DNA of 64,000 nt from Polyangiaceae bacterium (GCA_965222375.1 CBDCTZ010000016.1:2624001-2688000), one strand, 5' to 3'. Shown: positions 27,862-38,266, counted from the first letter of the stretch. Notes: generated by a model not told the origin, from the sequence alone. Numbers and translations are program-made.

Positions 27862-28845
27862 TCAGCCGCCCGCCCAGAAGGTCGTGGGCAGGGCGTCACG
27901 TTTCCACAACGAGAGGAAATCCATGAGGAAGGCGACGGTGATGTGCACCAGGAAGCCCGAATAGATGCTCTTGGTTCGCAAGGCCAATGAGCCCAGGACG
28001 ACACCAGCCACGATGGCGCCATGCGCTTCTAGATAGGGCTTACCGTAGTGAATCATGCAGTAGGGAACGGCCATCGCAAAAATTGCCGCCGCCCCCAAGC
28101 TCTTGCGCAGGGCGCCGACGATCCAGCCTCGGAAGAACATTTCCAGGGTCAGGAACTGAACGAAGTACATCGCCTCCCAGATCAGAAAGTCGAACCAACT
28201 TCGGGAGCTGTTCTTGTAGAAGGGATAGTAGGTTCCGAAATCGGGCTGGGATGCCACGATGGCCATGACCGGCAACACCACGGCGAGACATAGCCCGTAG
28301 ATCCAGGCGTGTTTGAAGAAGCCGCGGATCCGGTAGCCCATGTCCAGCAGCGAGTCCTTGGGGAAGAGCAGTTTCCAGAGCGGGAGCGGTATCAGGACGT
28401 AGCCCCCGGCACGGGAGAGCACCCACCAGCCGTAGCCGTATAGCTCGTCGTACTTCTTGAGCTTGACCCAGGTAGTGCCGCCTGCGTCCCAGTCCACGAG
28501 AACGGGGCGAATCACCGTGTCGTAGAACTGACGCCCCCCGTAGTACTCCTGCAGGGTCAGCACGACCGCAACGATGCCCAGGCAAACCGCCGGCCGAAGA
28601 TCCAACTCACCGGTGGCGACTCGCGCAGCGCGAGCTTCGGCGGCCTCCGCGTCGAGTTCCTTCCAAGTGTCCTTGAAGAACCACCAAATTGGTGGGGCAA
28701 TGGCGATCAGGATCGGGATCGGTAGCAGCGCTTTGATGGGCGGATAGCCCATCATCGAGTCAAACCACCCAACCGTCTTGAGTTGGGTGAGGGGCAACAC
28801 CAACTTCTCGGTTGGTGCTAGCCAGAACCAGAGCGCAGCCAGCAT
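27862..28845 (-). CDS. CPBP (Abi/CAAX) family intramembrane metalloprotease
   Basis: Multi-TM protein with LEMFFRGW, YCMIHYGKP and RTKSIYSGFLVH motifs. Confidence 0.8.
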   Translation of the reverse strand: MLAALWFWLAPTEKLVLPLTQLKTVGWFDSMMGYPPIKALLPIPILIAIAPPIWWFFKDTWKELDAEAAEARAARVATGELDLRPAVCLGIVAVVLTLQEYYGGRQFYDTVIRPVLVDWDAGGTTWVKLKKYDELYGYGWWVLSRAGGYVLIPLPLWKLLFPKDSLLDMGYRIRGFFKHAWIYGLCLAVVLPVMAIVASQPDFGTYYPFYKNSSRSWFDFLIWEAMYFVQFLTLEMFFRGWIVGALRKSLGAAAIFAMAVPYCMIHYGKPYLEAHGAIVAGVVLGSLALRTKSIYSGFLVHITVAFLMDFLSLWKRDALPTTFWAGG

Positions 28846-28861
28846 GTGGAGGTGCTCCTGC

Positions 28862-30298
28862 TCAGGCGTTCTTCGCGATCGCCGCGCCGCGTCGCAACCT
28901 AGCTAGACTCTGCTCTCGGTCCAACACGACCATTACGTCGAAGAGGGGCGGACTCGCGCTTCGACCGGTTAGCGCTACTCGCGCTGGTTGTGCCACTTCT
29001 TTCATCTTGATGCCGCGCTCCTCCACGAAGCTGCGGAACAACTGCTCCAACTGAGTAGCCTCGAAAGGCTCTGCTGTCTCGAACAGGTCGGCAAGCGCTT
29101 CGAGGTGCGGTGCGGCAGCTGGCTTCAAGAACTTCCCCTTGGCCTTCTCGTCGAGCTCCGGTTCTGCGCGAAAATAGTAGTCTAGAGCGTGAGCGGCTTC
29201 GACGAGAGTGTGCGCTCGCTCACGGATCGTCGGCAGCGCCCGGCGCAGAGTTTCCGGGTCGACCTCCAGGCCGCGTGCTCGCAGGAAGGGCGCCACTGCC
29301 GCCTCATACTCACGGCAGGGCATGAGGCTGTCTTGTTTGAGGTGTTCAAAGGCGACGTCGGCGAACTTCTTCTCGTCGAACTTGCCGTCACTCTTGTTGA
29401 CCTTCGCCCAGGAAAACAGCTCGATCAGCTGCTCTTTGGTGAACAGTTCCTGATCCCCATGAGACCAGCCAAAGCGTACCAAATAGTTGAGCACACCAGC
29501 TGGCGTGAAGCCCCGCTCCCGGTACTCCTCGACGCTAACCGCCGCATGGCGCTTCGAGAGCTTCTCCCCCTTTGGCGAGAGCATCATGGGCAGGTGTGCG
29601 AACTCCGGCACTGACCAGCCGAAGGCGTCGTAGAGCATGACCTGCTGCGGGGTGTTTCCGATGTGGTCGCGGCCGCGTGCGACGAGCGTAATGCCCATGG
29701 CGTGGTCATCAACGACGCAACCCAAGTTGTAAAGTGGGAAGCCATCGCTGCGCACGATCACGAAGTCTTGTTGCACGGAGTTTGGAGTCGAAACCCGCCC
29801 AAATACCTTGTCCTCGAAATCCGTTGATCCTCCGGATTCGGTCTTGAACCGTACGACGAAGGGTCGGTCAGGCGCATCACTGCGGTTCCGACAGGTGCCG
29901 GGGTAGACGAATTGAGCCTTTGGGTCTTGCTCCTTGAGCGCGGCCCGAGCGGCGTCCAATTCGGCTTTCGTGCAGTAGCAGCGGTACGCCTTGCCCTCGC
30001 TTACCAGGTGCTCCGCGGCCTGTCGGTATTGGTCCTTGCGCTCGCTTTGAAAGTAGGGGCCATGGGGCCCGCCGACTTCCGGACCTTCGTCCCAGTCCAT
30101 CCCGAGCCATTTGAGGGATTCGAGAATCGCTTTCACGCTGTCGATGCTGGACCGCTCTTGATCCGTGTCTTCGATCCGGACGATGAAGCTGCCGCCTTGA
30201 CCTCGCGCCCACAGCCAGTTGAACAGAGCTGTGCGCGCTCCCCCGATGTGGAGGTAGCCGCTGGGCGAAGGCGCAAAGCGCACGCGGGGACCGCTCAT
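28862..30298 (-). CDS. gltX: Glutamate--tRNA ligase
   Basis: RVRFAPSPSGYLHIGGARTALFN, RIEDTD, WDEGP, YRCYC, VVDDHAMGIT, KLSKR and an anticodon-binding C-terminus. ATG 30298. Confidence 0.97.
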   Translation of the reverse strand: MSGPRVRFAPSPSGYLHIGGARTALFNWLWARGQGGSFIVRIEDTDQERSSIDSVKAILESLKWLGMDWDEGPEVGGPHGPYFQSERKDQYRQAAEHLVSEGKAYRCYCTKAELDAARAALKEQDPKAQFVYPGTCRNRSDAPDRPFVVRFKTESGGSTDFEDKVFGRVSTPNSVQQDFVIVRSDGFPLYNLGCVVDDHAMGITLVARGRDHIGNTPQQVMLYDAFGWSVPEFAHLPMMLSPKGEKLSKRHAAVSVEEYRERGFTPAGVLNYLVRFGWSHGDQELFTKEQLIELFSWAKVNKSDGKFDEKKFADVAFEHLKQDSLMPCREYEAAVAPFLRARGLEVDPETLRRALPTIRERAHTLVEAAHALDYYFRAEPELDEKAKGKFLKPAAAPHLEALADLFETAEPFEATQLEQLFRSFVEERGIKMKEVAQPARVALTGRSASPPLFDVMVVLDREQSLARLRRGAAIAKNA

Positions 30299-30464
30299 AG
30301 GCGCCTCGGGTATCACTTCTGACAAAATCCGGCTACTACGGGCTACAAGTTACGGGCAGTAAATATATGAAATTATTGGATATTTGTGCCTGCCTTGCGA
30401 CGGCCTTCGGCCCTTGCTAGAAGGCCCGCCCCGCACGCCTTGCGCGCGCGGCCTGGAGACGACG

Positions 30465-30869
30465 ATGAAAAAGACCCCGCTAGCGCTCGTCAAAGAGCGT
30501 TTCGAAAGCAAAGAGAAGTTGGCTGCCGCCGTCGAGAAACTGGCCGTCAAGGGCTTGTGGCTCGATCGCACCAGCACGAGGGGCCTGGGCCGAGTTTCCA
30601 ACGCCAAGCTCTTGCACCTGCACGACGTTCTGACTGAAGCAAAGAAGGACTTCGGAAGCCGGGACAAACTCATCGCCGCGATTCTGGAGGCGGAGAAGCG
30701 CTCCAAAGACGCTGGCTACAAGACGCGGCTCGAGGGGCACCCGCTACCCCGGCTCCTCGATCAGCACCGCGCTGCAACTCGCCGCCGAACTCGCGCAGAG
30801 AAGAAAGCAAAAGCCAAGCCCGCGCCGAAGAAGAAGGCCGCGAGCAAAGCCAAGTCCGCCTCGGCCTGA
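30465..30869 (+). CDS. Small basic hypothetical protein with a Lys/Ala-rich tail
   Basis: GGAGA upstream of ATG 30465. Globular N-terminal part (KKTPLALVKERFESKEKL...VSNAKLLHL) and a histone-like KKAKAKPAPKKKAASKAK tail. Confidence 0.7.
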   Translation: MKKTPLALVKERFESKEKLAAAVEKLAVKGLWLDRTSTRGLGRVSNAKLLHLHDVLTEAKKDFGSRDKLIAAILEAEKRSKDAGYKTRLEGHPLPRLLDQHRAATRRRTRAEKKAKAKPAPKKKAASKAKSASA

Positions 30870-30922
30870 GTTTCCGCGCGGGGCCATCAAAGCACCCCTC
30901 AGCGCTGGTCGCCAAAAACTAG

Positions 30923-30953
30923 AAAAAGGCGGGCCACCTCGTTCGGGCCGCCC
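30923..30953 (-). terminator. Possible intrinsic terminator between convergent genes
   Basis: GGCGG...CCGCC stem next to an A5 tract (U-tract on the minus strand), downstream of the 30992 stop. Confidence 0.4.
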
Positions 30954-30991
30954 ACCTCCAATCCTCGAGCACTACGCCGAAGCTGCGCCTC

Positions 30992-31501
30992 CTACAGGCC
31001 CTTTTCGGCGATGTACTTGTTCGTGAACTCCGCGCCCTTGGCGTAGCTGGTCTCCATGTCACCGATGACCTGCTTCTCGACCATGCCGCCGACTCCGAAG
31101 ATCTTCACGTTCACTTTGGCTTCGAAGATGCGGTTCACCTTGCCGTCGCCCGCAGGCTCCACGTACAGCACTCCCTCAATCTTGATCTTTTCACTCAGCT
31201 TGTTGGGTGTGATCTTGATGCTGTAGCGCTTGGATTTTTTGTCGAAGGTCCCCTCTTCCCGATAGCCCAGGCCGTCTCCAATCAGTTTCTTGACGGGGCC
31301 GGGCATAGGGCCGAGCTTGGGCACCACGTCGATGGTGCGCCGAATGCTGGAGTTGTCTTCCTTCTGGTCGACTACCTCGTAGCCCGGGAATTCGAGGGCC
31401 TTCTTGAACAGCTCCTCGTTGTAGCCGGACTCGAAGAAGATCTTGTCCCAGAAAGTGTCCTCATTGCAGTTGTAAATATGCTCGATTTTGACGTCGGCCA
31501 T
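30992..31501 (-). CDS. DUF2505-family (SRPBCC/START-like) protein
   Basis: Length and pattern (IEHIYNC..DTFW...P.PVKKLIG...YREE...VNVKIFGVGGMVEK.VI) fit this family. GGGAG precedes ATG 31501. Confidence 0.7.
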   Translation of the reverse strand: MADVKIEHIYNCNEDTFWDKIFFESGYNEELFKKALEFPGYEVVDQKEDNSSIRRTIDVVPKLGPMPGPVKKLIGDGLGYREEGTFDKKSKRYSIKITPNKLSEKIKIEGVLYVEPAGDGKVNRIFEAKVNVKIFGVGGMVEKQVIGDMETSYAKGAEFTNKYIAEKGL

Positions 31502-31815
31502 GGTGCTCCCTCGTTGATGCAAATGGGCGGATCCCGCGACGGGGGCCGTAGCGTAGTCACTCGCCCGCGCTTGTCACCCCCTCTGGCCGGTCTTTCGAAA
31601 CGGCGACATCGGAGCAGATCTCCAGAACCTGCTCGCGGCTGCTTTCCGCCGGGGCGGGGCCATCTGCGGCGTTGACGCTCCTCGAAATACTCTGGGTATT
31701 CCTTCGTCGCGCCGCCTTGCAGCTGGCACCGCCGCGGCCCGAAATCAGCTCTCTCGAGGTTCTGAGCTCTGCTCTTTGTTGCTGAGGATTCGCGCCTGGA
31801 ACCATAATCCCGGCC

Positions 31816-32538
31816 GTGTCGGACGCAGGGACCCTCTCGAGCCCATTGCCACGCACCAACCTCAGCTGGTGGGGCCAGGCGGTTGCTGTGCTGGACAAGG
31901 ATATCCGTATCGAACTTCGCACTGGGGAAGTCGTTACGACGAGCGGGTTCTTCGCTGTGCTGCTGGTGGTGATGGCGTCCTTCTCTCTCTACGGCGGCCC
32001 CATGAGCCGGCGCCTGGTGGTGGCCGCAGTGGTGTGGCTGTCCATCGCCTTCGCAGCCGTATTGGCGTTAGGGCGCGCCTGGCAGCGAGAGCGCGAGGAG
32101 AGCGCACTCGTGGGCTTGGTCGTGTCGCCTCTCTCGCCCAGCGCGTTGTTCTGCGGCAAGGCTTTGGCTCTGCTCGGCTTCTTGACCGTGATCGAGTTGC
32201 TGGTGATCCCTTTGTCTGCGCTGCTCTTCGCCGTGGACCTACTCGAAGTGGGGCCCGGGTTCGCGTTGATTGCTCTGGTGGCGACTCCCGGCGTGGCTGC
32301 AACCGGAACGCTCTTCGGCGCCATGACCGTGAGAACCCGCGCCCGAGATCTGATGTTGGCCGTGGTGTTGTTTCCGCTGTTGTCTCCCACACTCCTGTCC
32401 GCGGTCGCCGCAACCCGTGAGTTGCTCGGTGGCGCCAGCATTGCCGAGCTGGGGGACTACTTCCGACTTATGGGTGTCTTCGATCTGGTTTTCATCGCGG
32501 GCGGCTTGGCGCTCTTCGGGCTGCTGCTCGAGGACTAG
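31816..32538 (+). CDS. ccmB: Heme exporter protein B
   Basis: KDIRIELRT, VVWL..AFAAVLAL.R..QREREE.AL.GL..SP...LFCGKAL, LMLAVVLFPLLSP. Six TM segments. Confidence 0.85.
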   Translation: MSDAGTLSSPLPRTNLSWWGQAVAVLDKDIRIELRTGEVVTTSGFFAVLLVVMASFSLYGGPMSRRLVVAAVVWLSIAFAAVLALGRAWQREREESALVGLVVSPLSPSALFCGKALALLGFLTVIELLVIPLSALLFAVDLLEVGPGFALIALVATPGVAATGTLFGAMTVRTRARDLMLAVVLFPLLSPTLLSAVAATRELLGGASIAELGDYFRLMGVFDLVFIAGGLALFGLLLED

Positions 32539-33764
32539 GCAAGCGCAGCGCGCACGGCTTCGGCAACCCTCTCCGCCGGGGCCGCGCGTCCCACGACGCT
32601 GCCAGCGCAAAAGACATCCTCCGCCACCTTTCCCGAGTCGTCACAGACAGGAGCAAAGCCCGCACCGTTGAACCGGGTGGAGGCACCGGCCTGCACCGCC
32701 AGTTCAAAGGCCGGCGCTCCGGGGCCTTCGCACACGACCGCGTCGATCTTGATTCGCTTTTCCTTGTCCTGATCCAGGGTGATCAGATTGCGCACGCGGC
32801 CCCGCCCGGAGCAGCGCTTGACCCGCGCGGGGTCCACTCGCAGCCAGTCTGTTCCAGACAGCTTCACCAGTTGCTCCGAAAAGGGCCCCGCGCCCACCAA
32901 AGCAACTCGCCGCCCCAGCCGCACGCCACAGTGGTGCAGCCGTAGCGCCGCGCGGCCGCTGAAGATCCCAGGCAAATCGTTGTCGCCAAACTCGGGCATG
33001 TGGTCATGGCAGCCTGTCGCGAGCACCACTGCCCGAGGCTGCACCAGGCGCGCGCCGCGATCGTCGATGAGTAGGGCAAACAATCCCGGCCCAGGTTCCC
33101 GTGATAGCGATACCACAGTCGTTCTCGGTGTGGCCTGCGCGTGGGAGAGTGCGCCAAGCATCGCGTCGAGGCGATCCGGCTCGAGCAACGACAGATTGCC
33201 ACCCAAGCGCGTAGCATCGTCGACAATGTTCAGATTGAAATCGGGCAGAGCGGCGGCCACGGACAGCCCTGCCTCTCCGCTGCCCACGACGAGTACGTCC
33301 GTGGTTTCTCGGCGGCCGGACAGGGCGTCCATCGCCTCACTAGGCAGGGTGCCCAAGCCCGCGACTTGGCGGGCGAAGCTCTGCACGATGGCAGATACCC
33401 CTCGGATCCCCGCGAGTAGCTTGTGATGGTCGATTCCGCGAGGAAACAGATAGTCCGTCGCCTCCATGAGATCGATACCTCGAGTGCCCAGCACGTTCTG
33501 CGTCTCGATGCGCTCGCCTCCCTGAGCGCTGTGCAGGCAGGTCATCACATTGGGTTCTCCGTCTACACGTGCCAAGCAACCGTCGCACGCTCCTCGCATG
33601 CAAAACGGGCCCCGAGGGCGGTGCAGCTTGGGGCTGCGCGAGAGCAGGACTCGATCCGCCGCGACCAGCGCGGCTGCCAGGGGCTCCCCTCGCTCTGCAA
33701 CCACGCGCTGCCCATCGTGTTCGACCCAAACCGGATCGCTGGGAGGCGTGCTGCGGGAAGGCAT
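32535..33764 (-). CDS. 2Fe-2S / FAD-dependent oxidoreductase resembling the N-terminal half of sarcosine oxidase alpha
   Basis: GEPLAAAL...SRSPKLHRPRGPFCMRGACDGCLARVDG.PNVMTC, DVLVVGSGEAGLSVA, VVLATG...FGDNDLPGI. Confidence 0.8.
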   Translation of the reverse strand: MPSRSTPPSDPVWVEHDGQRVVAERGEPLAAALVAADRVLLSRSPKLHRPRGPFCMRGACDGCLARVDGEPNVMTCLHSAQGGERIETQNVLGTRGIDLMEATDYLFPRGIDHHKLLAGIRGVSAIVQSFARQVAGLGTLPSEAMDALSGRRETTDVLVVGSGEAGLSVAAALPDFNLNIVDDATRLGGNLSLLEPDRLDAMLGALSHAQATPRTTVVSLSREPGPGLFALLIDDRGARLVQPRAVVLATGCHDHMPEFGDNDLPGIFSGRAALRLHHCGVRLGRRVALVGAGPFSEQLVKLSGTDWLRVDPARVKRCSGRGRVRNLITLDQDKEKRIKIDAVVCEGPGAPAFELAVQAGASTRFNGAGFAPVCDDSGKVAEDVFCAGSVVGRAAPAERVAEAVRAALA

Positions 33765-33919
33765 GGCTTGGCTAGCTCTCCCCAAGGACAGCAAAGCCGC
33801 GCCCAGGCTTCCATTGTTTTGGTTTGGGGTCGCGGCTCTTGGGCAGGAAACGGCCCTAATCCCGCGGACCTCCCCAGAGCCCGCCGCGCCAAGGCGGTGG
33901 GCAGCGGTGGCGCGCGGCT

Positions 33920-34780
33920 CTAGGGCGTCCTGGGCTTTCGCACGCGTACCAGGGGGTGCGAGTCGAGTTCGGGTTGGTCCCCGCTTTCGAACTGCATCCG
34001 TAGTCCCCAGATCCGCTGTTGGCTGTCTTTCGCAATCAGCGTCACGTCGTCGATCTCGAAACCGTGCACCCGCGTCTTGCCAGCCACGCGCTTTCTTGCC
34101 TTGCGCAAGCGATCAGGTTGCTTCCGCTCATCCCGCTCGATCTCTTTGGCGATGTCTGCGCCCAGCATCTCCTTCTCGGCGTCCCCGAGCCACCAGCGCT
34201 CCATCCTGTCTTGCTGCACGTCTGACAGTATTTCCTGCGCCAAGCCGTGGACCGGAAGCCAGCTTGGCGCTGGGATCGCGCTGGACACCTGATCGGCCTT
34301 GAGCTCAATCAGCTTAAGTCCGTGACGGGAAAGGAATAGCCCGAGCTCCAAGCCGCCCGGCGCGCTTCCCCCGGGACCGGGAGTTGTACTCGAGCCGCGA
34401 GGCCCGACTGAAAACTCCAGCTCCATGGCCAGCGCAACGAACTCGACGTCGGCCGGCAGTGACTCTTTGTCGCCCGTGACCAAACGGTCCGGTTGTCGAA
34501 CCGTTTCGATTGGGAACGACACCCTCGGAAGCGGTTCACTCGCGAGGGCTGCCCGAACCACTTGAATGAGTTCGTTGGCAAGGGGTGTGATGGGCGAATC
34601 CGCGAAGGGCCCCTCTGGCTCGGGGCGCGGCGTTTCGACGACCGCAACGGCCGGCTCCTGGGGTTCCGACACAGGTTCGGGCGCTGTCACGGTGCTGACG
34701 GGGGCGGTTGGCTCCGCAGCGGTGCCGCTGCTACCGCACGCTGCGAGCCACGCGCCCAATAGCCAGACCGTCTGCTTCAT
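33920..34780 (-). CDS. Hypothetical lipoprotein
   Basis: MKQTVWLLGAWLAA-C lipobox, then a Pro/Glu/Thr linker and a globular domain. No family recognised. Confidence 0.6.
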   Translation of the reverse strand: MKQTVWLLGAWLAACGSSGTAAEPTAPVSTVTAPEPVSEPQEPAVAVVETPRPEPEGPFADSPITPLANELIQVVRAALASEPLPRVSFPIETVRQPDRLVTGDKESLPADVEFVALAMELEFSVGPRGSSTTPGPGGSAPGGLELGLFLSRHGLKLIELKADQVSSAIPAPSWLPVHGLAQEILSDVQQDRMERWWLGDAEKEMLGADIAKEIERDERKQPDRLRKARKRVAGKTRVHGFEIDDVTLIAKDSQQRIWGLRMQFESGDQPELDSHPLVRVRKPRTP

Positions 34781-34986
34781 CGCGTGCGCCTGCTTCGAGA
34801 TGGTCGGCTTGCTGGCGCCCACGTGACCAGCCCAAGGTCTCATGCGCGGAACGCTACCACGGAGGGTCGCGCGCTTGAATGTCGCCACTTGCTTCGACGC
34901 GTCCGGACCAATTCGTCGTCCGACGATGCAAGCGTGATGGCCATCCTGGGCTCAGGACGCTATCAAGGGTACGGAGGCCGGGAGCG

Positions 34987-35937
34987 ATGAAGACGAAGAG
35001 ACAGTCAGGCTCGCGCGAGCGATGCAACCGGCGGGTGGTGGCGCGTCGATCTGTGATGGCAGCCATTTTGGCTCTGTTCGCGGTCGGTTGCGGGGAGGAC
35101 GGACAGCCTTTAGACGGAGGTGCGGTCGACGCGTCCTCGGATGCGCCGACAGATGCAGCGGACGCAGCGGTCGGAGATTCGGCAGGACAGCCGGATGTGG
35201 TGAGCGACTCCGCTGGGTCTCCGATCATCACCGAGGTGGAGCTGGTTGAACAGACGGGCACTCACCCGGGCGCGTACGTTTGCATCGAAGCAGATTGTCC
35301 CAGCGGCAAGGTGGTGCTGGGCGGAGGTGGCGAGTGGGACCCCGCCATCGTGCTCGGAACCATGCAACCGGATACGGAGACGTCGTTTCAACTATGCGGC
35401 GACTCGACGGCAGGAGGCGTGTGGACGGTGCAAGCCATCTGCGGTCGCGTTTCCACGAAAAGCATGATCGTGAAGAACGAAGAGGCGCTGCCCAAGTTCG
35501 TGGGTGCATGCATCGAGGCGATTTGTCCCGCCGGCATGGCCGCAGTGGGCGGTGGCGCCTCGTGGAACAAACAGGGCCTACCCGTCGCGGATCGCGTACA
35601 GACCCGGAGCGGTCTTAGTTCCGTTGCCAACTCGTGGGGGATCTGCGGCTTCACCCAAAATGACACCACTTGGTCTGCGAGTACAATATGTGTCGAGGGC
35701 ATCAAGGCCAACTCCAGGGAAAAGGCTGCGCAGCACCCGGGACCGGGCGGCAGCTCTTGCTTCACGTCCCAGTGCCAGGCTGGCGAGCGAGCGGTCAGCG
35801 GTGGCGGGCTCTGGTCGTTGACCAGTTCGCTCACCAAGAACGCCTTGACCGCAAGTGGAAGCGAATGGACCTTGTGTGGCACGACGGACACCGCGGAAGA
35901 ATGGACAGCCGTCGTCCTCTGCGTCCCCGACGGCTAG
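34987..35937 (+). CDS. Lipoprotein with three tandem ~80-aa Cys/Trp beta-domains
   Basis: Lipobox LFAVG-C and an Asp/Ala linker. Three repeats C-x4-C-x2-G-x4-GG(G)-x2-W ... C-G ... W-x5-C. The start could be ATG 35056. Confidence 0.7.
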   Translation: MKTKRQSGSRERCNRRVVARRSVMAAILALFAVGCGEDGQPLDGGAVDASSDAPTDAADAAVGDSAGQPDVVSDSAGSPIITEVELVEQTGTHPGAYVCIEADCPSGKVVLGGGGEWDPAIVLGTMQPDTETSFQLCGDSTAGGVWTVQAICGRVSTKSMIVKNEEALPKFVGACIEAICPAGMAAVGGGASWNKQGLPVADRVQTRSGLSSVANSWGICGFTQNDTTWSASTICVEGIKANSREKAAQHPGPGGSSCFTSQCQAGERAVSGGGLWSLTSSLTKNALTASGSEWTLCGTTDTAEEWTAVVLCVPDG

Positions 35938-36138
35938 CTGACGGCGATTGAGGCCGACCGCGTGTGGCACGGCCCCGCGGGTCCATCCGCGGCCCGCCTT
36001 TCTGCGCCAAAGAACGAGAGTAGTGCACCTGTTCCGCCCCAGGGATGCGACCCCCAAAAACCAGCTGGGGACGCGATTACCCACAGGGCTGGTCCGCGTG
36101 TATTCCCTTTGCTCTCCAGACGCCTTAGCGTCTCTCAC

Positions 36139-36747
36139 ATGCGGTTAGGCTTGCTCGGCCCTGCGACGGATCGCCTCGATGTACTCGAGCGAGCGGCCAG
36201 ATTTCTGCATAGCGAAGCGGGCGCAGAGCGGGTCATCTACCTGGGATTGGATGGCGCGCTGGACCGCGTCGTTGAAGGCTGGGCGGAGTCTTTGGTAGGC
36301 GCGGGCGCCGGGGATGAGCAGTTGTTCCGTCGCGCCGCAGAACGTTGTGCCGATGCCAGCCCGATGGAGATCGACGCCTTCGTGGCGGCTGAGCGAGAGC
36401 GCGAGGCGCTGCGTGCGTTCGAAGCGTTGCCTGGGGATGGCACCCGCTTGATGGAGTTACTCGGGGGGCGGGTCGCCGTACTGATCCACGACAAGTCGAA
36501 CCTGGACGAAGACGACATCGCATCCGCCACCTTCTTGGTCTTTGGCAAGAGCGTGGACCCGCTGGTCAAGGCCGTTGGCTCGCGTTGGTTCCTGGCGCCG
36601 GGACATCTCGGCGATTTCGGAATGATGCTCTTGGAGGAGCGCACTGACGGTGTGCACCTGTCTCTCTTCGACAGTGTATGCCGTGAAATCCGGCGGGAAC
36701 GCCTGGTTGCAGCGCCTGCGGCACGTATCAGCGTGTCGGACGCTTGA
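36139..36747 (+). CDS. Hypothetical protein, possibly a degenerate metallophosphoesterase-like fold
   Basis: MRLGLLG...AERVIYLG...VLIHDK...LVFGKS..P...FLAPG follows the strand order of calcineurin-like phosphoesterases but lacks the metal ligands. Confidence 0.55.
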   Translation: MRLGLLGPATDRLDVLERAARFLHSEAGAERVIYLGLDGALDRVVEGWAESLVGAGAGDEQLFRRAAERCADASPMEIDAFVAAEREREALRAFEALPGDGTRLMELLGGRVAVLIHDKSNLDEDDIASATFLVFGKSVDPLVKAVGSRWFLAPGHLGDFGMMLLEERTDGVHLSLFDSVCREIRRERLVAAPAARISVSDA

Positions 36748-36827
36748 ATGGACGCGCCTCCCGGAAACCCTGAGATGCCCCTCCTTTCAACTCCGCGTGG
36801 CTCGTGATGAACTCCTCGGAATCGATA

Positions 36828-37406
36828 ATGCGCGTGGCGTTCTTCGGAGGTAGTTTCAATCCGCCGCACGTGGCGCATGTGTTGGCATGTACCTACGCGC
36901 TCAGTACCGCTTTGGCGGATCGCGTGCTGGTCGTGCCAGTGTTTCAGCACCCCTTTGACAAGCCCTTGGCGCCCTTCGAAGACCGCCTGGCCATGGCGCG
37001 CTTGGCGTTGGATTGGATCCCCGGCGTGGAGGTTTCGGACGTAGAACGCGAGCTGTCGACCCCAAGCCTCACCCTCAACACCTTGGAGCACTTGAGCCGT
37101 GAGAACCCAGGGTGCCAGCTACGCCTGATGGTGGGGTCCGACGTGCTTTTCGAAGCGCAGAAGTGGCACGCCTTCGACGCGATTTGCGCTATCGCGCCGC
37201 CGCTGGTGCTCGGTCGAGTGGGCTACAAACACCCGGATGCTCCCGTCGCCGTGCTGCCAGATCTCTCCTCGACCAAGGTGCGAGAGCTTTTCGTAGCGCT
37301 TCGCGACCGGAGCGCGGACTCGAGGGACGCCGCGCGCAAGTCACTGGCCGCGATGCTTCCACGAACGGTGCTCGAACACGCGGAGCGCCAAGGTTTGTAT
37401 CCGTGA
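36828..37406 (+). CDS. nadD: Nicotinate-nucleotide adenylyltransferase
   Basis: VAFFGGSFNPPHVAH, HPFDK, R..M..LA, PSLTLNTL, LMVGSD, LSSTKVR. Confidence 0.92.
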   Translation: MRVAFFGGSFNPPHVAHVLACTYALSTALADRVLVVPVFQHPFDKPLAPFEDRLAMARLALDWIPGVEVSDVERELSTPSLTLNTLEHLSRENPGCQLRLMVGSDVLFEAQKWHAFDAICAIAPPLVLGRVGYKHPDAPVAVLPDLSSTKVRELFVALRDRSADSRDAARKSLAAMLPRTVLEHAERQGLYP

Positions 37407-38266
37407 AGATCGTGATCATTGGTGCAGGTCGCGCTGGCAGTGCGTTGCATCGAGCGCTTCGGCGTGCTGGCGCTTCCGTGACGCTGAGACCGCTTCGGCG
37501 TGGGCTGCCCAAACGAGGGCTCTCGGCGGACCTGATCGTTCTCGCGGTGCGTGATAGCGCGCTGTCCCCGCTGGCAAAGAAGCTCGCGCGGCAACGCACG
37601 GTCGTCGCACGCGCTGTCGTGCTGCACATCGCCGGCGCAGTCGACGTGGAAGTATTGAGTCCGCTTAGAGAGCACGTTGCGGCTATCGGCTCTGCGCACC
37701 CACTGCTGAGTTTTGCGAGCTCGGACCACGACCCCAATCTGCGCGGCGCGTTGCTGTTGCTCCGAGGCGATCCGGCGGCGAAGCGAGCTGGCCGTCGTCT
37801 CGCGCGAACCCTTGGCGCTCGTGCCTTGGATGGCGAGGAGGTCGACGCGCGTAGCTATCACGCAGCGGCGGCGCTGCTGGCGAATGGGGCGGTGGCCCTC
37901 GCCGATTTCGCCAGCGACCTGCTCGTGCGCTCCGGGATCCCCGAGGAGCACACGGCTCCGGCCCTGGGCGCGCTCCTGGTCAGCGTTTCGCAAAATATTG
38001 AAATCATTGGCATTTCTGGCGCGCTAACCGGCCCCGTCGTGCGTGGAGACGCCGCCACCGTTTGTGGCCATCTTGACGTAGTCGGCTCAGACCCGGAGTT
38101 GCTGACGCTGTATCGCCTGCTCGCGCGTCGGCAGCTCGCGATCGCATCCCGTGGCTCCGGTGGCGGCGGGCCGTCAAAAGCCAAGCTGACCGCACTGCTG
38201 GCCGGTGGAAAGAAACCGTCAGGGCGGAAACTTTCGGCGGCATCCTCGCGACGCAAAAATAGCTAA
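37403..38266 (+). CDS. Rossmann-like + DUF2520 oxidoreductase (PanG-like)
   Basis: IIGAGRAGSAL, LAVRD, VLHIAGA, SAHPLLSF, YHAAAALLAN, ALTGPVVRGD..TV..HL. GTG overlaps the nadD stop (GTGA). Confidence 0.85.
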   Translation: MKIVIIGAGRAGSALHRALRRAGASVTLRPLRRGLPKRGLSADLIVLAVRDSALSPLAKKLARQRTVVARAVVLHIAGAVDVEVLSPLREHVAAIGSAHPLLSFASSDHDPNLRGALLLLRGDPAAKRAGRRLARTLGARALDGEEVDARSYHAAAALLANGAVALADFASDLLVRSGIPEEHTAPALGALLVSVSQNIEIIGISGALTGPVVRGDAATVCGHLDVVGSDPELLTLYRLLARRQLAIASRGSGGGGPSKAKLTALLAGGKKPSGRKLSAASSRRKNS

